In this document: positions 14,085-27,305 of the stretch, piece after piece
How the letters are laid out: every line of letters begins with the position of its first letter
Numbering within the stretch: the first letter of the stretch is position 1
Assembly: GCF_003991155.1 (NCBI RefSeq)
Contig: NZ_CP031293.1
Strand: one strand, 5' to 3'
DNA length: 64,000 nt
DNA from: Escherichia coli
Lineage (GTDB): Bacteria; Pseudomonadota; Gammaproteobacteria; Enterobacterales; Enterobacteriaceae
The notes under the pieces: generated by a model
What the model was told of the DNA's origin: nothing
Databases searched by the model: none
What the model saw: only the letters and a program-made list of their open reading frames with translations
Position numbers and translations under genes: made by a program

Positions 14085-15602
14085 TTATTGTTCTACGGCC
14101 ATCAGACGTCGGTATTCATCCCACGCATAGAGGTCGGTCATACCGCTGATATAATCCTGCAGCAGGCGGCAACGGTAATAATATTCCCATAGCGGAAACT
14201 CAGGAGAATCTGACGGTAATTTACTGACAGCCTCGACATAGGCTAGTCGATGGCGCGTCGAGAGTTTGTGGAATAAGCGCGATTCAATAGGGAAACGTCT
14301 CACCCGTTCTTTTTCTACCAGTTCAGTAAAGTCTGATAACGACAGGCTTAATAAAGGGCGATAAATCTCTAATAATCCGCTAATGACCCGATAGCCCTGC
14401 AATTCAAGCTGCTCGACATCTGGATGGCTAAACACATGTTTTACAGCGACATTTTTATAAAGCTTAAGAAGATCGCTGCATTCGCTGGCATCTTCCAATA
14501 ATGCATGATTAAACGTTCCGGCGAAAATCGCAGGCAGATTATCAATAAATCGTTGTGCCGCGTAGGGTACCAGTTTATTTAGAGTGTTTACCCTTAAATA
14601 CATAAAAAACTGATCTTCCGTACTGCGGCTTAAACTATTTGAGCGTGATTTTTCCCAGGCATTTTCAACCACCAGCGAAAAGAGCGAACCTTTCTCATGC
14701 TGGCCCCACGCTTCGTGCAAATGATGATAAAGCTGCTCAACGGTAAATATTCTTTTCTCTACCGCATCTTCAAGATCTGCCACACAATAGGAGATGTCGT
14801 CGGCAGCTTCCATAATCCACGTTAATGGAAAACGACTGTAAAGCGCCAAATTAAGTTCTTTACGCAACCGGGCAATATAGGCTTCCTCAGAAAGATAATA
14901 ACCCGGCTTTTTCATTAAATAGTGATGTGTCTCAGGCGTTTCGCCACGCCACCACGCCGGACGGGTATATTTTAAAATACCGCCAACCTGTGCCCAGGTG
15001 AGATTCATCCGCATCAATGTATGCACCAAACGAATACCCTGTGCGTTACCTTCAAAATGACATAAGTCCTGACGTATTTTGCGCCGCAGCTCGTTAAGCG
15101 GTTCTTCCCCGTCCCGTAAACGTAGTGCTGCCACGCTGCAGCGATCGTCAGTCAGAGGCTGGCTTTCGGCATCTTCCGGGTGCAAACGCTGGCGAAACCA
15201 GTCATTTATCGCCGCTTCGCCAAAATGACCAAACGGCGGATTGCCGATATCGTGCATCAGGCATGACATCTCAACAATGCTTTCAAAGGGCCCGGTCAGT
15301 TCATCGAGACCATACGCCTCCAGTAATTTAAGCTCTTTCAGGCGGCTTAAAATCTCTTTAGCGATATAACGCCCCACCTGCTGGACTTCCATCGAGTGGG
15401 TAAGACGCGTGCGCACGGCGGCATTGCGCTCCAGTGGAAAAACCTGGGTCTTTTGTTGCAGACGACGAATTGCCGGAGAGTTGATGATACGCCCGCGATC
15501 GCTCTCGAAGATCCGCAGGATCTCATGTTCGGTTTTAACGCCCTGTGGTGAACGGTAACGACGATGCCAGTTTATTTTTTTTCGGAAATCAATCTGTGCC
15601 AT
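14085..15602 (-). CDS. dgt: Deoxyguanosinetriphosphate triphosphohydrolase
   Basis: 505-aa ORF; HD-domain motif ([13 protein letters not shown]) visible; recognised as E. coli Dgt. Confidence 0.95.
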   Translation of the reverse strand: MAQIDFRKKINWHRRYRSPQGVKTEHEILRIFESDRGRIINSPAIRRLQQKTQVFPLERNAAVRTRLTHSMEVQQVGRYIAKEILSRLKELKLLEAYGLDELTGPFESIVEMSCLMHDIGNPPFGHFGEAAINDWFRQRLHPEDAESQPLTDDRCSVAALRLRDGEEPLNELRRKIRQDLCHFEGNAQGIRLVHTLMRMNLTWAQVGGILKYTRPAWWRGETPETHHYLMKKPGYYLSEEAYIARLRKELNLALYSRFPLTWIMEAADDISYCVADLEDAVEKRIFTVEQLYHHLHEAWGQHEKGSLFSLVVENAWEKSRSNSLSRSTEDQFFMYLRVNTLNKLVPYAAQRFIDNLPAIFAGTFNHALLEDASECSDLLKLYKNVAVKHVFSHPDVEQLELQGYRVISGLLEIYRPLLSLSLSDFTELVEKERVRRFPIESRLFHKLSTRHRLAYVEAVSKLPSDSPEFPLWEYYYRCRLLQDYISGMTDLYAWDEYRRLMAVEQ

Positions 15603-15685
15603 GTCCTCTCCCGCGTGAGAAATACGCTTCCCCGTAAGCGCATGGTAAACTATGCCTTCAAATCGGGCTTATCGCGAGTAAATCT

Positions 15686-16384
15686 ATGAAAATCGGCATC
15701 ATTGGTGCAATGGAAGAAGAAGTTACGCTGCTGCGTGACAAAATCGAAAACCGTCAAACTATCAGTCTGGGCGGTTGCGAAATCTATACCGGCCAACTGA
15801 ATGGAACCGAGGTTGCGCTTCTGAAATCGGGCATCGGTAAAGTCGCTGCGGCGCTGGGTGCCACTCTGCTGTTGGAACACTGCAAGCCAGATGTGATTAT
15901 TAACACCGGTTCTGCCGGTGGCCTGGCACCAACGCTGAAAGTGGGCGATATCGTTGTCTCGGACGAAGCTCGTTATCACGACGCGGATGTCACGGCATTT
16001 GGTTATGAATACGGCCAGTTACCAGGCTGCCCGGCAGGCTTTAAAGCTGACGATAAACTGATCGCTGCCGCTGAGGCCTGCATTGCCGAACTGAATCTTA
16101 ACGCTGTACGTGGCCTGATTGTTAGCGGCGACGCTTTCATCAACGGTTCTGTTGGTCTGGCGAAAATCCGCCACAACTTCCCACAGGCCATTGCTGTAGA
16201 GATGGAAGCGACGGCAATCGCCCATGTCTGCCACAATTTCAACGTCCCGTTTGTCGTAGTACGCGCCATTTCCGACGTGGCCGATCAACAGTCTCATCTT
16301 AGCTTCGATGAGTTCCTGGCTGTTGCCGCTAAACAGTCCAGCCTGATGGTTGAGTCACTGGTGCAGAAACTGGCACATGGCTAA
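15686..16384 (+). CDS. mtnN: 5-methylthioadenosine/S-adenosylhomocysteine nucleosidase
   Basis: 232-aa [43 protein letters not shown]... recognised as Pfs/MtnN. Confidence 0.95.
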   Translation: MKIGIIGAMEEEVTLLRDKIENRQTISLGGCEIYTGQLNGTEVALLKSGIGKVAAALGATLLLEHCKPDVIINTGSAGGLAPTLKVGDIVVSDEARYHDADVTAFGYEYGQLPGCPAGFKADDKLIAAAEACIAELNLNAVRGLIVSGDAFINGSVGLAKIRHNFPQAIAVEMEATAIAHVCHNFNVPFVVVRAISDVADQQSHLSFDEFLAVAAKQSSLMVESLVQKLAHG

Positions 16385-17177
16385 GTCACTGTTCAGGGCG
16401 CTGGTCGCCCTGTCTTTTCTCGCGCCGCTGTGGCTCAATGCCGCGCCGCGCGTCATCACGCTTTCTCCCGCCAACACTGAACTTGCCTTTGCCGCCGGGA
16501 TCACGCCGGTTGGGGTCAGCAGCTATTCCGACTATCCTCCACAAGCGCAAAAGATTGAGCAGGTTTCCACCTGGCAGGGGATGAATCTGGAACGCATTGT
16601 CGCGCTGAAACCCGATCTGGTGATTGCCTGGCGTGGAGGTAATGCCGAGCGGCAGGTTGACCAGCTGGCTTCTCTGGGAATAAAAGTGATGTGGGTCGAT
16701 GCGACAAGCATTGAACAAATTGCCAATGCGTTACGTCAACTGGCCCCCTGGAGTCCGCAACCAGACAAGGCCGAACAAGCCGCGCAATCCCTGCTGGACC
16801 AGTACGCGCAATTGAAAGCGCAATATGCTGATAAACCTAAAAAACGTGTTTTTCTGCAATTCGGCATTAATCCGCCATTTACCAGTGGAAAAGAGTCGAT
16901 TCAGAACCAGGTACTCGAAGTTTGTGGCGGAGAAAACATCTTTAAAGATAGCCGGGTTCCCTGGCCGCAAGTTAGCCGCGAACAGGTGTTAGCACGCGCG
17001 CCACAGGCGATTGTCATTACAGGCGGACCGGACCAAATTCCTAAAATCAAACAATACTGGGGTGAACAGCTCAAAATTCCCGTTATTCCTCTCACGAGTG
17101 ACTGGTTTGAACGTGCAAGCCCACGTATTATCCTCGCTGCACAACAGCTCTGTAATGCGCTTTCACAGGTAGATTAG
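16377..17177 (+). CDS. btuF: Vitamin B12 periplasmic binding protein
   Basis: Start set at [26 protein letters not shown]... (266 aa); overlaps the mtnN stop by 8 bp as in K-12. Confidence 0.9.
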   Translation: MAKSLFRALVALSFLAPLWLNAAPRVITLSPANTELAFAAGITPVGVSSYSDYPPQAQKIEQVSTWQGMNLERIVALKPDLVIAWRGGNAERQVDQLASLGIKVMWVDATSIEQIANALRQLAPWSPQPDKAEQAAQSLLDQYAQLKAQYADKPKKRVFLQFGINPPFTSGKESIQNQVLEVCGGENIFKDSRVPWPQVSREQVLARAPQAIVITGGPDQIPKIKQYWGEQLKIPVIPLTSDWFERASPRIILAAQQLCNALSQVD

Positions 17178-17214
17178 TGCCTGACCTTTTCAGGTGCTCA
17201 GTGGGGATTGAACA

Positions 17215-17838
17215 ATGCTCGTCTATTGGCTGGATATAGTCGGCACAGCGGTATTTGCTATCTCTGGCGTTTTGTTAGCCGGAAAATTGCGTATGGACCC
17301 TTTTGGTGTTCTGGTACTGGGCGTGGTTACCGCAGTAGGCGGCGGAACAATTCGCGACATGGCGCTGGATCACGGCCCGGTATTTTGGGTGAAAGATCCC
17401 ACCGATCTGGTCGTTGCAATGGTCACCAGCATGCTGACCATCGTGCTGGTGCGCCAGCCAAGACGCTTACCAAAATGGATGTTGCCGGTGCTGGACGCCG
17501 TTGGTCTGGCGGTGTTTGTCGGCATTGGCGTGAATAAAGCCTTTAATGCGGAAGCCGGTCCGTTAATCGCGGTTTGTATGGGCGTCATTACTGGCGTTGG
17601 CGGCGGGATCATTCGTGATGTACTGGCCCGCGAAATCCCCATGATTTTACGTACAGAAATCTACGCAACTGCCTGTATTATCGGCGGTATTGTCCACGCT
17701 ACGGCTTATTACACATTTTCCGTACCACTGGAAACAGCCAGTATGATGGGCATGGTCGTGACGCTATTGATTCGGCTGGCGGCTATTCGTTGGCATCTTA
17801 AGCTACCGACGTTTGCGCTGGATGAGAATGGTCGTTGA
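17215..17838 (+). CDS. yadS: Inner-membrane protein YadS (UPF0126, tandem glycine-rich membrane domains)
   Basis: 207-aa hydrophobic ORF with duplicated GGGTIRD / GGGIIRD motifs. Confidence 0.9.
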   Translation: MLVYWLDIVGTAVFAISGVLLAGKLRMDPFGVLVLGVVTAVGGGTIRDMALDHGPVFWVKDPTDLVVAMVTSMLTIVLVRQPRRLPKWMLPVLDAVGLAVFVGIGVNKAFNAEAGPLIAVCMGVITGVGGGIIRDVLAREIPMILRTEIYATACIIGGIVHATAYYTFSVPLETASMMGMVVTLLIRLAAIRWHLKLPTFALDENGR

Positions 17839-17884
17839 AGAGAGAAGATGTGCCGGATAGTTTATCCGGCACATGAACAGCAGA

Positions 17885-18229
17885 TTAGATACTAAAGGAA
17901 GAACCGCAACCGCAGGTGCTTTTCGCGTTCGGGTTGGTCACGATGAAACGAGAACCTTCCAGACCTTCGGTATAGTCAACGGAACCGCCGACCAGATATT
18001 GCAGGCTCATCGGATCAACCACCAGGCCAACGCCCTGTTTTTCGATGGTCATATCGCCTTCGTTCACCTGATCATCAAAGGTGAAACCATACTGGAAGCC
18101 GCTGCAACCGCCACCGGTGATATACACGCGTAATTTCAGATTCGGGTTATCTTCGTCAGCGATCAGGCTTTTAACTTTGTTGGCTGCTGCGTCGGTAAAC
18201 TCCAGCGGCAGTGCTACGTCATCACTCAT
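17885..18229 (-). CDS. erpA: Iron-sulfur cluster insertion protein ErpA
   Basis: Start set at [19 protein letters not shown]... (114 aa); A-type carrier cysteines (GGGCSGFQ ... CGCGSSF). Confidence 0.9.
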
Positions 18230-18310
18230 ATTTTGCTCCAAACGACATCGGCAATTGGGCAAATTCTAACCCAATAATAATCGCCATTATCTAATACCCT
18301 GGTATTTCGT

Positions 18311-19750
<1,440 letters not shown>

Positions 19751-19956
19751 TCATACAAATAAGATGACGGCATTTTACTCGCACGTTCCATGAAAATCCT
19801 TTGCAAAGCGTAATGTTTCAAATGCACAAAACTTTTATACTCTAAGAAATCAGGATTGCACCAGTACAAGCAGCCTGATGTTTGACGAGTATTTAACTTG
19901 TTATGAATAACATAGAATAGCAGCCATTCACTTTTTCTACGAATCAGGAACCCTCC

Positions 19957-21237
19957 ATGAGTAAGTCTGAAAATCTTTACAGCGCAGCGCGCGAGCTGAT
20001 CCCTGGCGGCGTGAACTCCCCTGTTCGCGCCTTTACTGGCGTGGGCGGCACTCCACTGTTTATCGAAAAAGCGGACGGCGCTTATCTGTACGATGTTGAT
20101 GGCAAAGCCTATATCGATTATGTCGGTTCCTGGGGGCCGATGGTGCTGGGCCATAACCATCCGGCGATCCGCAATGCCGTGATTGAAGCCGCCGAGCGTG
20201 GTTTAAGCTTTGGTGCACCAACCGAAATGGAAGTGAAAATGGCGCAACTGGTGACCGAACTGGTCCCGACCATGGATATGGTGCGCATGGTGAACTCCGG
20301 CACTGAAGCGACGATGAGCGCCATCCGCCTGGCCCGTGGTTTTACCGGTCGCGACAAAATTATTAAATTTGAAGGTTGTTACCACGGTCACGCTGACTGC
20401 CTGCTGGTGAAAGCCGGTTCTGGCGCACTCACGTTAGGCCAGCCAAATTCGCCGGGCGTTCCGGCAGATTTCGCCAAACATACCTTAACCTGTACTTATA
20501 ACGATCTGGCCTCTGTACGCGCCGCGTTTGAGCAATACCCGCAAGAGATTGCCTGTATTATCGTCGAGCCGGTGGCAGGCAATATGAACTGTGTTCCGCC
20601 GCTGCCAGAGTTCCTGCCAGGTCTGCGTGCGCTGTGCGACGAATTTGGCGCGTTGCTGATCATCGATGAAGTGATGACCGGTTTCCGCGTAGCGCTAGCT
20701 GGCGCACAGGATTATTACGGCGTAGTGCCAGATTTAACCTGCCTCGGCAAAATCATCGGCGGTGGAATGCCGGTAGGCGCATTCGGTGGTCGTCGTGATG
20801 TAATGGATGCGCTGGCCCCGACCGGTCCGGTCTATCAGGCGGGTACGCTTTCCGGTAACCCGATTGCGATGGCTGCTGGTTTCGCCTGTCTGAATGAAGT
20901 CGCACAGCCGGGCGTTCACGAGACGCTGGATGAGCTGACAACACGTCTGGCAGAAGGTCTGCGGGAAGCGGCAGAAGAAGCCGGAATTCCGCTGGTGGTA
21001 AACCACGTTGGCGGCATGTTCGGTATTTTCTTTACCGACGCCGAGTCCGTGACGTGCTATCAGGATGTGATGGCCTGTGACGTGGAACGCTTTAAGCGTT
21101 TCTTCCATATGATGCTGGACGAAGGTGTTTATCTGGCACCGTCAGCGTTTGAAGCGGGCTTTATGTCTGTGGCGCACAGCATGGAAGATATCAATAACAC
21201 CATCGATGCTGCACGTCGGGTGTTTGCGAAGTTGTGA
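19957..21237 (+). CDS. hemL: Glutamate-1-semialdehyde 2,1-aminomutase
   Basis: 426-aa [29 protein letters not shown]... recognised as HemL. Confidence 0.95.
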   Translation: MSKSENLYSAARELIPGGVNSPVRAFTGVGGTPLFIEKADGAYLYDVDGKAYIDYVGSWGPMVLGHNHPAIRNAVIEAAERGLSFGAPTEMEVKMAQLVTELVPTMDMVRMVNSGTEATMSAIRLARGFTGRDKIIKFEGCYHGHADCLLVKAGSGALTLGQPNSPGVPADFAKHTLTCTYNDLASVRAAFEQYPQEIACIIVEPVAGNMNCVPPLPEFLPGLRALCDEFGALLIIDEVMTGFRVALAGAQDYYGVVPDLTCLGKIIGGGMPVGAFGGRRDVMDALAPTGPVYQAGTLSGNPIAMAAGFACLNEVAQPGVHETLDELTTRLAEGLREAAEEAGIPLVVNHVGGMFGIFFTDAESVTCYQDVMACDVERFKRFFHMMLDEGVYLAPSAFEAGFMSVAHSMEDINNTIDAARRVFAKL

Positions 21238-21271
21238 TGATTTTGCCTCGCCCACCGGGCGAGGCATCCTA

Positions 21272-23254
21272 TTAACGGCTCTGCTTTCTCAACAAATAGA
21301 TAAAATATGGCGCGCCGATAAAGGTCGACAGCAGCCCCGCCGGGATCTGGAATGGAAACAGCACCATCCGCCCACACCAGTCAGCGAACACCAGCAGTAA
21401 ACCACCCACCAGCGCCGAAATTACGATGTGTGGCATCGTCCGTCGAAAGCCCATCATCCGCGCAATATGCGGTGCCATTAAACCAACAAAACTCAACGGT
21501 CCAATGGTCATTGTCGCGGTCGCCGTCAGGCAAGCCGCTAACAGCAGCAGCGCAATTCGCGTCGGCGTCAGCGCCATCCCCACGGCTCGTGCGGTATCAC
21601 CGCCCAGCGGTAAAATGGTCAGCCAGCGGCGGCACAGCGGGGTAATCGCCAGCAAAATCACCATCACAATTCCAGTACGCCAGACCTGCGCCTCGGTCGC
21701 GTTGTAGGTCGAACCGGAAATCCAGGTCAGAACTTGCGCCATTCGCGGGTCACCACTTGCCTGCAACATCATCAAAAGCATGGTGAACGCGGTACTTAAC
21801 GCCATCCCCGCCAGTAACATGCGGTGTGGGGAAAATCCACCGCGTCCGGCGGCGATCATAATGATCAACAGCGTCACCGCCGCCCCGAGACTGCCTGCGG
21901 GTAACAGCCAGCCAAAGGCATTACCCGGCACCAGAAACAGCATTAACACCACGCCAAACGCCGCGCCGGAGCTAATCCCCAGCACTTCCGGGCTTGCCAT
22001 CGGGTTTCCGGTCAGCCGCTGAATAATACAGCCCGCCACCGCCAGCATGACGCCCGCAAACAGCGCCGCCATAATTCGCGGCCAGCGCCAGGGCATCAAA
22101 TCCTCGAGCAACGCCCCGCTCGCCCACGTCCAGCCGTGCGCATCACGACCAAACGACAGCGCCACCACCACAGCCATCAACAGCAGCACGCCGCCCGCGA
22201 GGGCAAACGCCAGCACGTGTTGGCGTTCAGCCGCGACACGATCGTTGACCTTCATATCCGGCGCGCTAATGCTACGTAAACGCGGCAGCAGCCACAGTAA
22301 CAGCGGCGCACCGATCAACGCCGTCACCGAACCGGTGGAAACTTCCATCCACACGCGAGTCAGCCAGAGGATGATTTGATCAGAAAGCCACAGAATTAAC
22401 GCACCAATCAGCGATGCCAGCATCAACCGTGGCAACAAACGCCGCGCCCCCAGCATTTTCGCCAGCAGTGGCGCGAACAACCCGATAAAGCCGATAATCC
22501 CCACCGCGTTCACCAGCAGCGCACTGATGACAATCGCCAGCGACAACGCCGCCAGACGCGCGAGCGACAAGGCCAGCCCGAGATTGCGCGCCACGCCATC
22601 ATCAAGCCCCATCAGAGTTAACGGGCGAAGTAGCAATAACGTCAGCATCACGCCGCCCAGCAGCTGCGGCCATAAACGCTCAACGCCGCCCCAGTCGGTT
22701 TGCGTCAGCGTTCCGGTGCTCCACAGGAACATGCTTTGCAGTTGGTCATGATGGAAGATAACCAGTAACTGATTGATTGCGCCGCAATAAAGGCTCACTA
22801 CCAGCCCCGCGAGGATCAGCGTTACCGGCGAAAGCCGTTTCCCCCACGCGACGCCAAAGACGATTAAGCCAACAACACAAGCCCCTGCCAGCGCAGCAAA
22901 CTGGCTCGCCATAGCACCTGGGATCGCCCAGAGCGTGGTGACGGTAATCCCCAGTTGCGCGCCTGTTGCAACGCCCAACGTCGTCGGTTCCGCCAGCGGG
23001 TTACGCAGCACTTGCTGAAACAGCACGCCCACCAGCCCCAGGCCCGCGCCCACCAGCAGCGAAATCGCCAGACGCGGCAACAAGCTGTAGTGAAAAATCA
23101 TCTGCTCGATGACGTCAATATCCGGCGACCAGGCGGCCTGCGCCCACTGGCTGCGCGGCAGCGCCTGCGAGAAGTTCATCCACGTGAGCGCCGTAGCGAC
23201 AATCACTAACAGCGCCAGCAATAACGCCGGAAAAAGCGCAATTCGTTTACTCAC
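21272..23254 (-). CDS. fhuB: Ferric hydroxamate ABC transporter permease (fused double permease)
   Basis: 660-aa hydrophobic ORF; last gene of the fhuACDB cluster. Confidence 0.95.
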   Translation of the reverse strand: MSKRIALFPALLLALLVIVATALTWMNFSQALPRSQWAQAAWSPDIDVIEQMIFHYSLLPRLAISLLVGAGLGLVGVLFQQVLRNPLAEPTTLGVATGAQLGITVTTLWAIPGAMASQFAALAGACVVGLIVFGVAWGKRLSPVTLILAGLVVSLYCGAINQLLVIFHHDQLQSMFLWSTGTLTQTDWGGVERLWPQLLGGVMLTLLLLRPLTLMGLDDGVARNLGLALSLARLAALSLAIVISALLVNAVGIIGFIGLFAPLLAKMLGARRLLPRLMLASLIGALILWLSDQIILWLTRVWMEVSTGSVTALIGAPLLLWLLPRLRSISAPDMKVNDRVAAERQHVLAFALAGGVLLLMAVVVALSFGRDAHGWTWASGALLEDLMPWRWPRIMAALFAGVMLAVAGCIIQRLTGNPMASPEVLGISSGAAFGVVLMLFLVPGNAFGWLLPAGSLGAAVTLLIIMIAAGRGGFSPHRMLLAGMALSTAFTMLLMMLQASGDPRMAQVLTWISGSTYNATEAQVWRTGIVMVILLAITPLCRRWLTILPLGGDTARAVGMALTPTRIALLLLAACLTATATMTIGPLSFVGLMAPHIARMMGFRRTMPHIVISALVGGLLLVFADWCGRMVLFPFQIPAGLLSTFIGAPYFIYLLRKQSR

Positions 23255-24141
23255 GCTTTACCTCCAATGGCGTTATCCAGAATACGCACAAAGTGCATTG
23301 CCGAGAGCGTCGCACCATAAAACCAGACTGCAGGTACGCGCTGAAAGCGTCCGGCGCGGACAAACGGCATAGCCTGCCACAGCGGCGTCGCCATTAGGGT
23401 GTCCATGTCTTTGCTGTTGTCGTGATCAAAACAGAGCACATCAACGTCTTTATACGCTGCCAGACGATCGATACTGACAGCGGTACTGCCCCAGAAGTTG
23501 GTTTCCCCTTGCCAGGCATTTGGGATGCCGTACTCATCAAGAATTTCCTGGAACAGGCTGTTTGGACCGAAGACCAACATATGGCGCGGATCGATAAGTG
23601 TCGTCAGCAATAACGGGCGTGCACCACGCTTCACAAAGCGGGGTTTCATGCTGCGGATAAAGTCTTCATAGTGCGCTAAATGCGTTTCTGCTGCGCTTTG
23701 CAGGTTAAGTAAATCTGCCATTTCCGTCAGTGATTTACGCGCCATCGCCAGCGGCTGTTTGCCGTCACTGAAGTTAAATCCGCGACCCGGCGCAATGCGT
23801 GCCAGCATTTCTGGTGAAGGGCCATATCCTGCCGACCAGACCATAAACGATGGTTTCATTTCGGTCAGCAGTTCAAGGTTAGGTTCTGTGCGCAAACCGA
23901 CGTCGATCACTGAGTCCGGCAATGGTGGTTCGCTGACCCACAGGCGATAGTTGATGGTATCCGCCACGCCGTAAGGCACGATGCCGAGCGCCAGCAGTAA
24001 TTCCACCGGCAACCACTCCAGCGCCACAATACGATTGGGATCAATAGCCGCCGCGTGGGCGGTATTCATCTGCCATAACAACGGAGAAAGCGCCATCGCC
24101 GTTAACAGTCGACGGCGCGAAATAAGAGGTAAGCCGCTCAT
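23251..24141 (-). CDS. fhuD: Ferric hydroxamate periplasmic binding protein
   Basis: Start at MSGLPLISRRRLLTAMALSPLLW... (Tat-like RRR signal), 296 aa; 4-bp overlap with fhuB. Confidence 0.9.
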   Translation of the reverse strand: MSGLPLISRRRLLTAMALSPLLWQMNTAHAAAIDPNRIVALEWLPVELLLALGIVPYGVADTINYRLWVSEPPLPDSVIDVGLRTEPNLELLTEMKPSFMVWSAGYGPSPEMLARIAPGRGFNFSDGKQPLAMARKSLTEMADLLNLQSAAETHLAHYEDFIRSMKPRFVKRGARPLLLTTLIDPRHMLVFGPNSLFQEILDEYGIPNAWQGETNFWGSTAVSIDRLAAYKDVDVLCFDHDNSKDMDTLMATPLWQAMPFVRAGRFQRVPAVWFYGATLSAMHFVRILDNAIGGKA

Positions 24142-24938
24142 CAATAAACAAAACTCACAGGTGCAGCACCCGCCGGATGCGGCAAAATACCCATCGGGAT
24201 GCCATAAATCATTTCAAGGGTTTCGCCGCGCATAATTTCCGCAGGCGTTCCCTGAGCAATCATTTCACCGCCGCGCAGGGCGACCAGATAATCACAGTAA
24301 CGCGCAGCCATATTGATATCGTGCAGCACGGCAATGACCGTCAGGCCACGCTCCTGACTTAAACGATGCACCAGCGCCAGCACATCAACCTGGTGGGCGA
24401 TATCCAGCGCCGAGGTCGGTTCGTCGAGCAACAGACAACGGCTATCCTGCGCCACCAGCATGGCGATCCACGCCCGCTGACGTTCGCCGCCAGAGAGACT
24501 ATCGACCAGCCGATGCGCCAGCGGTTTTAAGCCAACCAGCGAGATAGCTTCCTCGACCTTTTCGCGATCTGCCGCACCAAAGCGCCCTAGTGCGCCATGC
24601 CACGGGTAACGACCAATCGCCACCAGTTCACGCACCGTCATCCCTTCTGCCGGAGGAAGCTGCTGCGGCAAATAAGCCACTTTGCGGGCAAACGCTTTGC
24701 TACTCCAGCTTTCCAGCGGCTGGGCATCAAGAAGAATCTCCCCTTCCGACGGCGGCTGATGACGGCCAAGCATTTTGAGCAGAGTGGATTTACCAGAACC
24801 GTTGTGACCAATCAGACCGGTCACTTTCCCGGCAGGAAAGGTTAACGACAGCGGATGCAAAAGCGTGCGCCCGGGCACACGAAAGGAGATATTACGCAGT
24901 GCAAAAGTGGTATCGGAATGATTCGTGTATTCCTGCAT
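24141..24938 (-). CDS. fhuC: Ferric hydroxamate ABC transporter ATPase
   Basis: Start at MQEYTNHSDTTFALRNISF... (265 aa); Walker A GHNGSGKST, ABC signature LSGGERQR. Confidence 0.9.
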   Translation of the reverse strand: MQEYTNHSDTTFALRNISFRVPGRTLLHPLSLTFPAGKVTGLIGHNGSGKSTLLKMLGRHQPPSEGEILLDAQPLESWSSKAFARKVAYLPQQLPPAEGMTVRELVAIGRYPWHGALGRFGAADREKVEEAISLVGLKPLAHRLVDSLSGGERQRAWIAMLVAQDSRCLLLDEPTSALDIAHQVDVLALVHRLSQERGLTVIAVLHDINMAARYCDYLVALRGGEMIAQGTPAEIMRGETLEMIYGIPMGILPHPAGAAPVSFVY

Positions 24939-24988
24939 AACAGCCAACTTGTGAAACGGGCACGGAAATCCGTGCCCCAAAAGAGAAA

Positions 24989-27232
24989 TTAGAAACGGAA
25001 GGTTGCGGTTGCAACGACCTGACGTTCTGCGCCCCAGAAGCAGCCATAGGTGTTAAAGCAGCTGGCGACGTATTCACGATCGAACAGGTTGTTGACATGC
25101 AGCGCCACGTTGGAGCCAGCCATGCCGACTCGCGCCAGATCATAACGCACTAACGCATCCACGACCGTATAACTTCCCACTTTAAAGGAGTTAGCCGGAT
25201 CACCATAACTGGAGCCAGTATAACGACCACCGGTGCCCAGCGTCAGACCTGAAAGCGGACCGTCAAAGAAGGTATAGTCAGCCCACAGCGAAGCCATGTG
25301 TTTTGGCACCTGTGCAGGCGTATTGCCTTTATAGGTAGTATCGGTAGTGTATTCCGCATCGGTGTAAGTATAAGAACCGACTACGTTAACACTCGCCGAC
25401 AGCGCCGCTTTCGCTTCAATTTCTACGCCACGAGCGCGGATCTCGCCACCTTCAACCGAGAAGAAGGAACCCTCAGGGTCCGCCATCAGGTTGTTGGTTT
25501 TAGTGAGATTATACACGGCACCAGTAACTACAATTGGACGATCTTCCGGTACATATTTCACGCCGACTTCATACTGCTTACCTTTAGACGGTGCGAAAAT
25601 ATTACCATCCTTCCCAACTTGCGAAGAAGGTTCAAACGATTCGCTATAGCTGAAGTATGGTGTTACACCATTATCAAACAGGTAGTTAACACCACCACGC
25701 CAGGTAAACTGTTTGTCATCACGTTTATCGGTCGTTCCCGCTACGCGGTTAAGAGATTCTTGATCTGCCCAGTCGTAACGACCGCCCAGGGTGACCAGCA
25801 CTTTATCCCACTGCGCCTGATCCTGAACATAAACGCCCGTTTGCTTCTGCTTATTCAGAATGCGGTACGGACCGGAGTTATCCGGGTCTTTCGCATTGAA
25901 GTCGAAATCGGTATTCACCGGATTGTACAGATCGAGCAGTGGCACAGAGTCGTCGTAACCAAACCAGGCGTTGATGTCATTACGCATACGCATAAAGTCG
26001 ACACCGGTCAGCAGAGTGTGGTCGATATCGCCAGTGGCAAACTTGCTCTGCAACTGGGTATCAACGGAGAAGTTTTGCAGCTTCTCATCATCAACGACGT
26101 ATTTACGTGCCAGATAATGGCCTTTATCCGCTGGCGCTAATGCTGCACACTGTTTGCTGTAAGCATTCGCCGGATCGGAGCAGACGCCGTAACCATAAAC
26201 GCTGTTTTGCGAGGTTTTGTTTTCAGCAAAGCGCAGGTTCTGACGCACAGTAAAGGTGTCGTTAAATTCGTGATCGAAGCTGTAGCCCACCATCTTCTCA
26301 TTACGAGAATAGGTGTTGTTCTTCGCCCCTTCATTAAAGTCTGTCGGCAGACGCTTACCGTTCGGCAGCGGCTCAACGGTTCCCTCTTTCGGCAACCAGC
26401 CGTAATAACCGGTTTCCGGTTCGTTCTGGAAGTAAGAAAGGAAAGTGAAATTGGTTTTATCATCCGGGCGCCAGGTGAACGCTGGAGCAATAGCATAACG
26501 CTGCTCTTCTGCCCCCTTCTGCTGAGCATTGGCTGAACGCGCAATACCAGTCAGACGATAAGAGTAAACGCCGTCATCATCCAGCGCATCACTGAAGTCA
26601 AAACCAGTCTGGAACAGGCTGTCAGTACCGGCTTTAAACTGAATTTCTTTCAGCGGTTCTGTAGTCGGGCGCTTGCTGACCATGTTCAACAGGCCGCCAG
26701 GGCTGCTTTTCCCGTACAGCACGGATACCGGACCACGCATGATTTCAGCGCGCTCCAGCATATACGGATCGATAACTGCATCGTTATAGAAGTTGCCCTG
26801 CATCTTCAGGCCATTCAGATAGTTGTTCTGGCTTTGGCCGTCAGCGGCGAATCCGCGGATGATCAGGTAATCGTAAGTGTTGGATGCGCCACGAGTTCCC
26901 ACGGCAACGCCAGGAGTGTAGCTAAGAGCTTCTTTTACCGACTTCGGCTGATGCAGCGCCATCTCTTCGGCGGTCACAACAGAAATAGACTGTGGCACTT
27001 TTTGAATCGGCGTATCGGTTTTAGTGCCGGTAGCTGACTGTCGCGCCGCAATAGTTGCAGCCGGCCCCCATGCGCTTTCTTGCGGCGCAGGTGCAGCGGT
27101 AACGGTGATAGTGTCTTCTTTCGGTTCAACCGCTGCCTGTGCATAAACAGACATGCCGCTAACCGCTGTGGCTACTACAACTGCGATTTTACGCAGTGAG
27201 TGTTTTGGCTGAGCAGTTTTGGAACGCGCCAT
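24989..27232 (-). CDS. fhuA: TonB-dependent ferrichrome outer-membrane receptor (receptor for phages T1, T5, phi80, colicin M, albomycin)
   Basis: 747-aa ORF with signal peptide, TonB box region and C-terminal aromatic residue (ATATFRF). Confidence 0.95.
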   Translation of the reverse strand: MARSKTAQPKHSLRKIAVVVATAVSGMSVYAQAAVEPKEDTITVTAAPAPQESAWGPAATIAARQSATGTKTDTPIQKVPQSISVVTAEEMALHQPKSVKEALSYTPGVAVGTRGASNTYDYLIIRGFAADGQSQNNYLNGLKMQGNFYNDAVIDPYMLERAEIMRGPVSVLYGKSSPGGLLNMVSKRPTTEPLKEIQFKAGTDSLFQTGFDFSDALDDDGVYSYRLTGIARSANAQQKGAEEQRYAIAPAFTWRPDDKTNFTFLSYFQNEPETGYYGWLPKEGTVEPLPNGKRLPTDFNEGAKNNTYSRNEKMVGYSFDHEFNDTFTVRQNLRFAENKTSQNSVYGYGVCSDPANAYSKQCAALAPADKGHYLARKYVVDDEKLQNFSVDTQLQSKFATGDIDHTLLTGVDFMRMRNDINAWFGYDDSVPLLDLYNPVNTDFDFNAKDPDNSGPYRILNKQKQTGVYVQDQAQWDKVLVTLGGRYDWADQESLNRVAGTTDKRDDKQFTWRGGVNYLFDNGVTPYFSYSESFEPSSQVGKDGNIFAPSKGKQYEVGVKYVPEDRPIVVTGAVYNLTKTNNLMADPEGSFFSVEGGEIRARGVEIEAKAALSASVNVVGSYTYTDAEYTTDTTYKGNTPAQVPKHMASLWADYTFFDGPLSGLTLGTGGRYTGSSYGDPANSFKVGSYTVVDALVRYDLARVGMAGSNVALHVNNLFDREYVASCFNTYGCFWGAERQVVATATFRF

Positions 27233-27265
27233 TGGTATATCTCTGATGTAAAGTGAATGATAACG

Positions 27266-27305
27266 TAAACGAGAATGATTATTATAAAGATAAGATAATA
27301 TTCGA
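27266..27305 (-). promoter_or_regulatory. Candidate Fur box in the fhuA promoter
   Basis: AT-rich GAGAATGATTATTATAAAGATAAGATAATATTC matches the Fur consensus GATAATGATAATCATTATC at about 13 of 19 positions, 35-70 bp upstream of the fhuA start. Confidence 0.45.

Noticed and set aside
21245..21265. GCCTCGCCC-acc-GGGCGAGGC hairpin between hemL and fhuB as an intrinsic terminator
   Set aside because: Perfect stem, but the T-tract precedes rather than follows it on the plus strand and an A-tract follows on the minus strand, so a terminator call is not supported in either direction; it may be a stability hairpin.
25298..26140. 280-aa plus-strand ORF
   Set aside because: Antisense to fhuA; no motifs; spurious.
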